DNA of 64,000 nucleotides from Alphaproteobacteria bacterium (GTDB lineage Bacteria; Pseudomonadota; Alphaproteobacteria; Rickettsiales; SXRF01): NCBI GenBank assembly GCA_039808985.1, contig JBDHUC010000007.1, positions 5,128 to 69,127 of the forward strand, read 5' to 3'. Shown piece by piece: positions 29,735 to 38,395 of this stretch (position 1 is its first letter; each line of letters starts with the position of its first letter). The notes under the pieces were generated by a model. It saw only the letters and a program-made list of their open reading frames with translations, ran no database searches and was not told where the DNA came from. The position numbers and the translations under genes were made by a program.

Positions 29735-31614
29735 TGGATCCGCTGGGGAAGATACTCAGGGCACGCGGGCTTGTTTCTGAATCACAATTATCATACTTGC
29801 TGGAGGCTCAGAAACATTCCGGCAGCAGGCTTGGTGAAATAATAATATCTGAAGGCATACTAACTTATCTTGAACTATACAGGGCGATTGCCGAGCATTA
29901 CGAGCTTGAATTCATAAACCTTCTGGAAGAACCTCCAGATGAAAAACTGCTTACATGTATAAATGCTGTTGAGTATCTTCATTTTCAGGCAATACCATGG
30001 AAATTCAAGGATAATAAAATAATCGTAGCAATATCCGAATATTGCGATGAAACAATAAAATGGCTTTATGAAAGATATTCCGATAATTTTGAACTGGTTG
30101 CAACATCTCCCCTTGATATAAGAAAAACCGTAGAACGAATTTTCGGCGAATTCCTTGAGAAGGATAGCAAGCTTAGGCTATGGGAACAAAATCCCGACAT
30201 ATCTGCGCGTGTCACAGCATCAGGATTAACAAAACAAATTATTTATATTTCTATAATTTCAGCGCTGGCCCTGGCGGTTATGTTTCCAAGGCAAAGCAGC
30301 AGCTTATTTATATCGTTTTGCAGCATTTTATATTTTGTAAGCATCATAGTAAAAATGTATATTTTTTGTGTTGGCTGTAAACCGCAAGAAAAAACGAACT
30401 GGCCGCAACTGATTTCTGAATATGATGATGCAAGCCTCCCGGTATATACCGTGCTTATCCCCATGTATAACGAAGTTGCAAGCCTGCCAAATATGCTAGC
30501 TGCCATGCAGAATATGGATTACCCGAAGGAAAAACTGGATATAAAGCTAATATTGGAAGAAGATGATATTGAAACCATAAATGCTGCTATCGCCTTAAAA
30601 CCCAGACATAATTTTGAAATAATCCGCGTTCCATATAGTACACTTCGCACAAAGCCAAAAGCCTGTAATTATGCCCTGCGTTTTGCAAAGGGTGAATATG
30701 TAACGGTTTTTGACGCTGATGATATACCAGAAAGCCTGCAACTTAAAAAAGCCGTAACGATGTTCCGCAGCATCCCAGATAGCATAATCTGCCTGCAAGC
30801 CCGGCTTAATTACTATAATGCTGACACTAACTGGCTTACGCATTCCTTTTCGCTGGAATATAGCGCATTATTTAACATAATGCTGCGTGGCCTTGAGCGC
30901 CTTGGCGTCCCCTTGCCCTTGGGTGGCACCAGTAACCACATCTCCCTTGCCCATTTGCGTGATCTGGGCGAGTGGGACGCTTATAATGTGACCGAAGATG
31001 CTGATCTGGGCGTCAGGCTCGGCGCGCAGGGGTTTAAGACTGCATTATTAGATTCATACACAATGGAAGAAGCACCGGTTATGGTTTCTGCGTGGATTCG
31101 CCAGCGCTCCCGGTGGATAAAAGGCTATATGCAGACATGGCTTGTCCATATGCGCAATCCTTTCAGGCTATACAAAAAGCTTGGCTTTAAAAGCTTCTGC
31201 GGCTTTCAATTTTTCATTGGTTTTTCAAGCTTTACCTTCCTGACTGCTCCGATACTCTGGGCATTTGTCCTGTTATACTGGATTTTACCGCCATATTTAT
31301 CGGCACAGTGGCTGCCTTCATGGCTTCTATGGCTAAGCCTTAATAATTTTTTCCTGAATATTATAATACATTGGGTAATGATGTTATATTGTGTTTCAAG
31401 GAAGAAGAATCCTACTTATCAATATAAAATCGCAGCATTATTTTACCCGTTTTATTTAACTCTGCATTCAATAGCAAGCTACAAGGCGCTTTATCAACTT
31501 ATTGTAAAACCTCATTTTTGGGAAAAAACCACACATGGGGTTTCACAAGCATTAAAAAATGAAGGGCAAGTACCTAATTTTGCAACAAATATAGTATTGA
31601 CTGCCCGGTATTAA
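29734..31614 (+). CDS. membrane-bound processive family-2 glycosyltransferase with N-terminal MshEN (T2SSE_N) c-di-GMP-binding domain
   Basis: Tandem 24-residue MshEN motifs at residues 3-26 and 32-55. GT-A core VLIPMYNE and VFDADD. Processivity motif QRSRW. Two TM helices before the catalytic domain and several after it. Confidence 0.85.
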   Translation: MDPLGKILRARGLVSESQLSYLLEAQKHSGSRLGEIIISEGILTYLELYRAIAEHYELEFINLLEEPPDEKLLTCINAVEYLHFQAIPWKFKDNKIIVAISEYCDETIKWLYERYSDNFELVATSPLDIRKTVERIFGEFLEKDSKLRLWEQNPDISARVTASGLTKQIIYISIISALALAVMFPRQSSSLFISFCSILYFVSIIVKMYIFCVGCKPQEKTNWPQLISEYDDASLPVYTVLIPMYNEVASLPNMLAAMQNMDYPKEKLDIKLILEEDDIETINAAIALKPRHNFEIIRVPYSTLRTKPKACNYALRFAKGEYVTVFDADDIPESLQLKKAVTMFRSIPDSIICLQARLNYYNADTNWLTHSFSLEYSALFNIMLRGLERLGVPLPLGGTSNHISLAHLRDLGEWDAYNVTEDADLGVRLGAQGFKTALLDSYTMEEAPVMVSAWIRQRSRWIKGYMQTWLVHMRNPFRLYKKLGFKSFCGFQFFIGFSSFTFLTAPILWAFVLLYWILPPYLSAQWLPSWLLWLSLNNFFLNIIIHWVMMLYCVSRKKNPTYQYKIAALFYPFYLTLHSIASYKALYQLIVKPHFWEKTTHGVSQALKNEGQVPNFATNIVLTARY

Positions 31615-31656
31615 TTAGGATATAAAGCCCACCTGTAAATTTGAAGGAATAAGGTC

Positions 31657-31782
31657 ATGAAAGTTCTAAGCTCTTTAAAATCAGCAAAAAAACGCGATAA
31701 AGATTGCCGTGTTGTGCGTCGCAAGGGTCGTGTTTACGTGATAAACAAAAAGAACCCGCGTTTTAAAGCCCGCCAGGGATAA
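31657..31782 (+). CDS. rpmJ: 50S ribosomal protein L36 (zinc-independent type)
   Basis: Not in the ORF track because it is only 41 aa. Hand translation gives [50 protein letters not shown] lies upstream. Confidence 0.9.
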   Translation: MKVLSSLKSAKKRDKDCRVVRRKGRVYVINKKNPRFKARQG

Positions 31783-31800
31783 AAGTAATACTATCAGTTT

Positions 31801-32538
31801 TTATTGCCCTGCAATACGGCAATGCACATTCACTATAAATGGGCGCGCCCTGTCGCTTACCCTGTCAGGGAGAAGGTAAAGCCCTGAATCCGCTGTCTGG
31901 TACTGGATATTATTAGCCTCCAGGAAATCTTTTACTACAGGCAGGCTTATAGCAACATCTGACTTCTTTATAACTTCCGATGAATCAGATCCGGCCTGCT
32001 TAATATGTAATTCAGTTTTTGCTACAACAACGCCCACAACATTTCCGCTGCTATCAAGCAGTGGGCCTCCTGAATTGCCATGCTGCACAGAATCGCTGAA
32101 CTGCAGCCATTTTTCCTCACCGGTAGGGCCTTTCATATCAATTATATTAGCTGACCTGACAATTGGTTCATGACTACGCCAGGAATCGCCGGGATAACCG
32201 ATAATAACAACAGGATCGCCCTGGTTAAGTGGCTGCTTCATTGAGTTAAAATATGCCATATCACTGCTGGTAAATGCGGTCTTAAGCAAAGCGAGATCAT
32301 GTTCAGGGTCTTGCGCAACCACTACAGCGCCTGCCGACATGGCATCACCATGTATGCTGATTTTATCACAATTAGATATTACATGATTATTGGTTAGAAG
32401 ATGCCCGGAATGGGTAACAAAAAACCCAGTGCCTGATGTGTAGGAAATCATTTTTACTGCCTGGGCATTGGCGCTGGCTGAGCCGAGCAATAACGCCGCT
32501 GCTATTACACAATACATGATACTAATTATATGCCGCAT
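31801..32538 (-). CDS. secreted trypsin-like (S1 family) serine protease
   Basis: Signal peptide and catalytic triad contexts TNNHV, DLALLK, GNSGGPL. It lies 6 nt downstream of motB. Confidence 0.85.
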   Translation of the reverse strand: MRHIISIMYCVIAAALLLGSASANAQAVKMISYTSGTGFFVTHSGHLLTNNHVISNCDKISIHGDAMSAGAVVVAQDPEHDLALLKTAFTSSDMAYFNSMKQPLNQGDPVVIIGYPGDSWRSHEPIVRSANIIDMKGPTGEEKWLQFSDSVQHGNSGGPLLDSSGNVVGVVVAKTELHIKQAGSDSSEVIKKSDVAISLPVVKDFLEANNIQYQTADSGLYLLPDRVSDRARPFIVNVHCRIAGQ

Positions 32539-32544
32539 AACATG

Positions 32545-33588
32545 CTACTTTTGTTCAGTTACCGGATTAAAGATAGAGTTTCCAGTTGGAGATACGTCTT
32601 TTGGTGTATTATCGGCTCCCTTTTCTGATTTTTTAGGCTCATCTTTCTTAATTTTAGCTTCCGGCACAGATAATAAGGAGCGCGTTGTAGGAATAATTTT
32701 AGGGTCACGGAAATAAGAGCCGCGTAATATTATAATTGTTATTCGGCGATTGCGTGGGCTGCTTGGCTCCTGCGGAACGAGCAATTCTTTATCAGCCAGC
32801 GCTTCTACCTTTATAACGCGTTCTGGCTCCAGTTGAGTTGTAGCAAGCATGCGCCGCGCAGAATTAGCCCTGTCAGCGGATAATTCCCATATACTATATT
32901 GTGGGTTTTGCGTGGCATTTGGCGAGTCGGTATGTCCTTTTATAGCTATATTATTTGGTGTTTTAACCACTAAACGCGCCATAGTATCTAATATCTTTTT
33001 GCCAGTTTCCGTTAAAGTGGCACCCCCTGGTACAAACATAGGTTTTTTGGCATCATCTATCATGTCGATCTTCAGGCCTTCAGGTGATTCCTGCATTATT
33101 ACATTATTTTTATAATCCTTTAATTCATCCTCTGTTTCCATGGCCTGCTTTATATCCTGCTCAGCAGATTGCATTATATCGCTATCTTCGGTGCTTTCCG
33201 CCACTTTTTCACTTTTGCTGCTGGCTTCGGCATCAGGGTCACTTTCGCCTTTGACGTTGTTAGGAGCTGCTGCAACATCACCTTGTTTTACCTGACCAAC
33301 AACAAGGCCAACTTCTGTAAGATCATTCTTTGATTTACCAGCTTCAGAGGCATGTAAACCTCCCTTCATGCCAATCCCCATAGAATCTTTAATACCAATT
33401 GTCGGGGTAAAATATTCAGCCAGGCCCATTTTCTGCTGAGTAGTAGTGGCACTAAGCAACCACAGCAAAAGAAAGAATGCCATCATAGCCGTTACGAAAT
33501 CGGCATAAGCAACTTTCCAGGCGCCGCCATGATGCCCACCTGCAACTTTCTTAATTTTTTTAACTATAATAGGTTGTTCGCTTGCCAT
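32545..33588 (-). CDS. motB: flagellar stator protein MotB-like (OmpA-like C-terminal peptidoglycan-binding domain)
   Basis: N-terminus HGGAWKVAYADFVTAMMAFFLLLWLL, including the conserved Asp. Long acidic linker. C-terminal OmpA-like motif NRRITIII. Confidence 0.82.
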   Translation of the reverse strand: MASEQPIIVKKIKKVAGGHHGGAWKVAYADFVTAMMAFFLLLWLLSATTTQQKMGLAEYFTPTIGIKDSMGIGMKGGLHASEAGKSKNDLTEVGLVVGQVKQGDVAAAPNNVKGESDPDAEASSKSEKVAESTEDSDIMQSAEQDIKQAMETEDELKDYKNNVIMQESPEGLKIDMIDDAKKPMFVPGGATLTETGKKILDTMARLVVKTPNNIAIKGHTDSPNATQNPQYSIWELSADRANSARRMLATTQLEPERVIKVEALADKELLVPQEPSSPRNRRITIIILRGSYFRDPKIIPTTRSLLSVPEAKIKKDEPKKSEKGADNTPKDVSPTGNSIFNPVTEQK

Positions 33589-33670
33589 AGCGCTCGATTA
33601 TGGCAAACAAAGCTTAATAAACCCTTATCAATAGTTATTCCAAACAATAATTATACAATTATTGTTTGGT

Positions 33671-33757
33671 GATTCGCCTGCTACGCGGCGTAAAACAGGG
33701 CTTTCGGCCTCGATTTTCATAGTCATTATATATTATTTTTGCACATAATGACTATAA
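33671..33757 (+). repeat. dispersed repeat, copy A (GCTACGCGGCGTAAAA...CCTCGATTTT.ATAGTCATTA plus hairpin)
   Basis: By eye, 44 of 49 core positions match the reverse complement of 54614-54704. Internal 11-bp hairpin at 33719-33729 / 33745-33755. Preceded by a perfect 13-bp palindrome at 33640-33669. Confidence 0.7.
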
Positions 33758-33801
33758 AGAATGAAAGTGATTATTGGCAGGATTTAATATATAGTATCTG
33801 A

Positions 33802-34419
33802 ATGGAACAAGAAAAAAAGAAACGCCCCTTTATAACTGCAAAGGAAGCATTTGTTGCCATTGTTGTTATCTACTTAACAGCGATAGCCTTTAACAAACCA
33901 GTACCGTTTATTGATATGCTTGTGCCACCTGCGCCAGAGAGAAAAGTGTCAGAGCAAGAAATAATAAACTTCAGTCCACAGATTAAAGATATTTCCGCAC
34001 AACAGATAGCTGATAACATAAACAGCAATGGCAAGCCAACATTAATGGTTCTTTATACATCATGGTGCGGTTACTGCAAAATACTTATGCCAAATATCTC
34101 AACTCTGAAAAAAGAAGGAAAAATAGAAGGAATAAACCTGCTTTTGATTTCGGTGGATAAAGAGCGTAACAAAGCTTCAAAATATATATTGGAACATAAT
34201 TACGACAAAGTTTTTACGCCATATATCATGGCCTCAGAAGATGAAGAGGATTTAAAAAATATAATAAAAAATAAAAATGGGAATTATACCCGTGCAATTC
34301 CTTATGCTCTGTTTTTTGATAGTCATGGAAATTTGCTTGAAGAAACTATAGGAATCATCAATAAAAAAATGCTATTAAGTAAACTTGAAAATGCGATAAA
34401 TAACCCTAAGCTTAGATAG
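33802..34419 (+). CDS. membrane-anchored thioredoxin-like protein (TlpA/ResA-like)
   Basis: N-terminal TM anchor and active site SWCGYC. Confidence 0.8.
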   Translation: MEQEKKKRPFITAKEAFVAIVVIYLTAIAFNKPVPFIDMLVPPAPERKVSEQEIINFSPQIKDISAQQIADNINSNGKPTLMVLYTSWCGYCKILMPNISTLKKEGKIEGINLLLISVDKERNKASKYILEHNYDKVFTPYIMASEDEEDLKNIIKNKNGNYTRAIPYALFFDSHGNLLEETIGIINKKMLLSKLENAINNPKLR

Positions 34420-34428
34420 TTATAAATT

Positions 34429-35235
34429 ATGCGAAAAATAGTTATTTTATTTATTTCAGTATTGATATTTCCTTTTGCCAGCCATTCCGAAGACAAGCCA
34501 GACAACAAACTGCCAGAAACAATTACCGTAGTCGCCGATACCTGGTGCCCTTTTAATTGTACCCCAACCTCTCCTCACCCAGGCTTTATGGTCGACCTGG
34601 TAACGGCTGCTTTTGCAAAGCATAATATTAAAGTTGAATACAGCATAGTTCCATGGACCCGGGCTATTGAAGAAACCCGCAAAGGAATGCACACCGCCAT
34701 AATAGGGGCCGCTATTGATGATGCTCCGGATTTTATTTTTCCCAATGTTGCAGAAGGGTTTGTAAAAAATCATTTCTTTGTAAAAAAAGGAAATCCATGG
34801 CGCTATACTGGCATTGATTCTCTAAAAAATGTCGTTTTAGGGCTAATAGATGATTACAGCTATACCGAAGAAATGGATAATTATGTAAAGAAATACAAGC
34901 TTGACCCGCAGAGAATCGAGATGATGTCTGGCGATAAGGCTCTTGCAATTAATGTAAGCAAATTATTGCGTGGCAAGATTGGGGCGGTGGTTGAATCAAA
35001 ATATGTAATGACTTACTATTTATCGCAAAATGGCTTGCTGGATCAGGTGGAAAATGTTGGCAATCTTACCATAACCGATAAAAACAAGCTTTATATTGCA
35101 TTCAGCCCCAAGAATAAGAAGCTTGCCCAGAAATATGCCGATATAATATCCGAAGAAATACCAAAGATGCGCGCCAATGGTGAGCTGGCAAAAACATTGG
35201 ATATTTACGGTATAACTGACTGGGAACAACCGTAA
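34429..35235 (+). CDS. periplasmic substrate-binding protein (family 3, amino-acid type ABC SBP fold)
   Basis: Signal peptide. The pattern PWTRAIEE...G..TAIIGA is typical of SBP_bac_3. There is no adjacent permease or ATPase. Confidence 0.75.
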   Translation: MRKIVILFISVLIFPFASHSEDKPDNKLPETITVVADTWCPFNCTPTSPHPGFMVDLVTAAFAKHNIKVEYSIVPWTRAIEETRKGMHTAIIGAAIDDAPDFIFPNVAEGFVKNHFFVKKGNPWRYTGIDSLKNVVLGLIDDYSYTEEMDNYVKKYKLDPQRIEMMSGDKALAINVSKLLRGKIGAVVESKYVMTYYLSQNGLLDQVENVGNLTITDKNKLYIAFSPKNKKLAQKYADIISEEIPKMRANGELAKTLDIYGITDWEQP

Positions 35236-35246
35236 CAAAAAAAACT

Positions 35247-35264
35247 TCCCTGTTTTCACAGGGA
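35247..35264 (+). terminator. hairpin after the SBP gene
   Basis: TCCCTGT-TTTC-ACAGGGA lies 12 nt after the stop, followed by a T-rich tract. Confidence 0.45.
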
Positions 35265-35366
35265 TGGAAATTGCATTTTATATTTTCTCCAGCCTTTCAT
35301 ACCGCCGTATTGCAGATGAATGGATGAATAATAGCAAGATACCGCACAATGCTTACGAAACAACGT

Positions 35367-35452
35367 AATCCTGTGGACGGCGAAGCCGTAGCACAGGATT
35401 CTTCATCAATGTTCCCGAGATCCTGCGCAATTGCTATTGCAATTCGCAGGAT
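35367..35452 (-). terminator. two tandem strong hairpins downstream of hppA
   Basis: First hairpin: 35420-35452, ATCCTGCGCAATTGC-TATT-GCAATTCGCAGGAT. Second hairpin: 35367-35400, AATCCTGTG-G-ACGGC-GAA-GCCGT-AG-CACAGGATT. They start 21 nt after the hppA stop. Confidence 0.5.
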
Positions 35453-35473
35453 AACAGAGCAAACCAGTATAAG

Positions 35474-37570
35474 CTATGCCAGCATGGCAAGCATCAGTAT
35501 CGCAACAATGTTGGCTATCTTTATCATAGGGTTAACAGCGGGCCCGGCAGTATCCTTATATGGGTCGCCCACAGTATCACCGGTTACTGCCGCTTTATGA
35601 GCTTCCGAGCCCTTGCCACCATGATTGCCTTCTTCGATATATTTTTTAGCATTGTCCCATGCGCCACCACCGGCAGTCATAGAAATCGCCACAAAAATAC
35701 CGGTAACGATGATTCCAAGCAACATAGCCCCTACCGCAGCGAATGCCGATTCATGGCCAGCTATTGAAACCACTATAAAATAAAGCACTACAGGGGCTGC
35801 AATTGGCAGGAGCGATGGTATTATCATTTCCTTGATAGCTGCCTTGGTAAGCATATCAACAGCCCTGCCATAGTCCGGCTTCTGGGTGCCAAGCATAATG
35901 CCAGGCATTTCCTTGAACTGGCGGCGAACTTCAACAACTACAGAGCCGGCCGCCCGGCCAACCGCCATCATCCCCATTGAGCCAAACAGGTACGGAAGCA
36001 TTCCACCAATAAACAAACCTACAACAACATAAGGGTCATTAAGCAGGAATTTCACATTAAGCGCCGGGAAGTAATGTTTAAGGTCTTCCGTGTACGCGGT
36101 AAAAAGAACCAGCGAAGCAAGAGCTGCCGAGCCTATTGCATAGCCTTTAGTTACTGCCTTGGTTGTATTTCCAACAGCATCAAGCGCATCGGTAACTTTA
36201 CGTACATCCGCAGGAAGGTCGGACATTTCCGCGATACCACCGGCGTTATCAGTTACCGGGCCATAGGCGTCAAGTGCGACTATCATACCGGCCAGTGCCA
36301 ACATAGTAGTTGCAGCAATTGCAACACCATAAAGCCCGGCATTAGTATAAGCAAAAATAATCCCGGCGCATATGATTATTATAGGAACAGCGGTAGCCTC
36401 CATGGAAACTGCAAGCCCCTGTATTACGTTTGTTCCATGCCCGGTTGTAGATGCCTGCGCTATGCTTTTTACCGGGCGGTACTGGGTGGCTGTATAATAC
36501 TCGGTTACAATAACTATAAGGCCCGTTATTACCAGTCCGGCAAGCGAGCAGTAAAACAGGTTCATCGAGTTAAAGCTAATGTTTCCTACAATATAGTGCG
36601 AGGATTTATCAAAAAGTTTATTGGTAACTGCAAAAACACCACCCGCAGACAATACCGTGCTGGCTATAAGGCCTTTATACAATGCGCCCATAATATTATT
36701 GCTGGCACCGAGTTTTACAAAGAACGTACCGATTATTGATGTTATAATGCAGACACCACATATTGCCAACGGATACAGCATCATTGCTTCCTGTATAGCT
36801 CCTGCAAAGAATATGGAGCCAAGCAGCATAGTGGCAACAATGGTTACTGCGTATGTTTCAAACAGGTCGGCAGCCATACCTGCGCAATCCCCGACATTAT
36901 CACCTACGTTATCAGCGATGGTCGCAGGGTTTCTTGCATCATCCTCCGGTATTCCGGCCTCAACCTTACCAACCAGGTCAGCGCCAACATCAGCTCCCTT
37001 TGTGAATATACCACCGCCAAGACGGGCAAATATAGAAATAAGTGATGCGCCAAAGCTGAGGGCAACAAGCGCCTCAACAAGAGTGCGCTGGTGAATGCCT
37101 GATGATTTAAGGAATATATAATAGCCAGCAACCCCAATAAGACCTAGCCCAACCACTAAAAGCCCTGTTATTGCACCAGATTTAAAAGCTATATCAAGCC
37201 CTTCTTTCAGGCCTTTACGCGACGCTTCAGTGGTTCTCACATTAGCACGCACTGAAATATTCATGCCAACATACCCGGCTATGCCCGAAAGGACCGCTCC
37301 TATAACAAAACCAATGGCCACATACGCGCCAAGCTTAACAAATAAAAGTATGGTTATTATAACGCCTACAATTCCTATGGTAGTGTATTGCCGGTTCAGA
37401 TAAGCGCCAGCGCCTTCCTGAATCGCCCCGGCGATTGCCTGCATTTTATCTGTCCCGGTAGGAGATGATAAAATTACCTTTGCCATGTATATCCCATATA
37501 TAACGGCAAGAAGACCAGCACCAATCACCAGTTGCAGAACCAAGTTGGCATCCATCATAGCATACTCCAC
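35474..37570 (-). CDS. hppA: membrane-bound H+-translocating pyrophosphatase (K+-independent type)
   Basis: 698-aa polytopic protein with [18 protein letters not shown] and GDTVGDP. GNTTKA carries the Lys diagnostic of K+-independent enzymes. Confidence 0.95.
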   Translation of the reverse strand: MEYAMMDANLVLQLVIGAGLLAVIYGIYMAKVILSSPTGTDKMQAIAGAIQEGAGAYLNRQYTTIGIVGVIITILLFVKLGAYVAIGFVIGAVLSGIAGYVGMNISVRANVRTTEASRKGLKEGLDIAFKSGAITGLLVVGLGLIGVAGYYIFLKSSGIHQRTLVEALVALSFGASLISIFARLGGGIFTKGADVGADLVGKVEAGIPEDDARNPATIADNVGDNVGDCAGMAADLFETYAVTIVATMLLGSIFFAGAIQEAMMLYPLAICGVCIITSIIGTFFVKLGASNNIMGALYKGLIASTVLSAGGVFAVTNKLFDKSSHYIVGNISFNSMNLFYCSLAGLVITGLIVIVTEYYTATQYRPVKSIAQASTTGHGTNVIQGLAVSMEATAVPIIIICAGIIFAYTNAGLYGVAIAATTMLALAGMIVALDAYGPVTDNAGGIAEMSDLPADVRKVTDALDAVGNTTKAVTKGYAIGSAALASLVLFTAYTEDLKHYFPALNVKFLLNDPYVVVGLFIGGMLPYLFGSMGMMAVGRAAGSVVVEVRRQFKEMPGIMLGTQKPDYGRAVDMLTKAAIKEMIIPSLLPIAAPVVLYFIVVSIAGHESAFAAVGAMLLGIIVTGIFVAISMTAGGGAWDNAKKYIEEGNHGGKGSEAHKAAVTGDTVGDPYKDTAGPAVNPMIKIANIVAILMLAMLA

Positions 37571-37655
37571 ATAGTTGTTGTTAAAAACTACAATAAAAAC
37601 AACATGTCAGAAGTGCAATAAGGATGCAATTAAAATTTTAAAGCGATAAAAAAGG

Positions 37656-38183
37656 CTATTTCTTCGCTGCTGCGATAGCTTTATTAATAAGCTCAAGGGC
37701 CTTTGGTTTATCCTCCCAGCCCACAACCTTTACCCATTTACCTTGTTCCAGATCCTTATAATGGGCAAAGAAATGCTCTATCTGGTCAAGCAATGTTTGT
37801 GGAATATCCTTATAGCTTTCCACTTTATCATAGAAAGGGTGTAATTTTGAGGATGGCACCGCTAATATTTTTTCATCGCCACCTGCCTCATCCTGCATCA
37901 TCAACACGCCGATAGGGCGCACCGACATAACTGCTCCCGGGTGAATTGGCCGGCGTCCGATAACCAGCACGTCAGCCGGGTCGCCATCATCAGAAAGCGT
38001 ATGCGGAATAAAACCATAATTACAAGGGTAATACATTGCGGTATGCAGGAACCGGTCAACAAACAGCGCTCCCGATTCTTTATCCATTTCATATTTTATA
38101 GGAGCCGAGCCAAGCGGCACCTCTATAATAACATTTACATCTTCCGGGACGTTATCGCCAATTGAGATCTTGCTAATATCCAT
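37656..38183 (-). CDS. ppa: soluble inorganic pyrophosphatase (family I)
   Basis: YPCNYGFIP and DGDPADVLV. Confidence 0.95.
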   Translation of the reverse strand: MDISKISIGDNVPEDVNVIIEVPLGSAPIKYEMDKESGALFVDRFLHTAMYYPCNYGFIPHTLSDDGDPADVLVIGRRPIHPGAVMSVRPIGVLMMQDEAGGDEKILAVPSSKLHPFYDKVESYKDIPQTLLDQIEHFFAHYKDLEQGKWVKVVGWEDKPKALELINKAIAAAKK

Positions 38184-38277
38184 TTTTATTCCAATTTATT
38201 TCCAATTGTTAATATTCTTGTTTTTCGGGTTACGGGGTTGCCGGGATATAGGAAAATTGGCGCAATGTAAAGTGTGA

Positions 38278-38314
38278 ATATAGCAAAAATATTATAGCAA
38301 AAATATAGCAAATT
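38278..38314. repeat. three tandem iterons (A/T)TATAGCAAAAAT upstream of ruvB
   Basis: ATATAGCAAAAAT (38278-38290), TTATAGCAAAAAT (38292-38304), ATAGCAAATT (38305-38314). Confidence 0.6.
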
Positions 38315-38395
38315 ATGTTCTTGTAAAAAATTACTGCTTCGCTAGGCTTGCGAAGGCTCTTTATAAGTAACATCGAGTAAGATATTTGCCCCAAA

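Noticed and set aside
36074-37094. 221-aa and 157-aa ORFs antisense to hppA
   Set aside because: They are embedded in the hppA coding region, whose product carries all H+-PPase motifs. The antisense translations are Cys/Arg/Tyr-rich and implausible.
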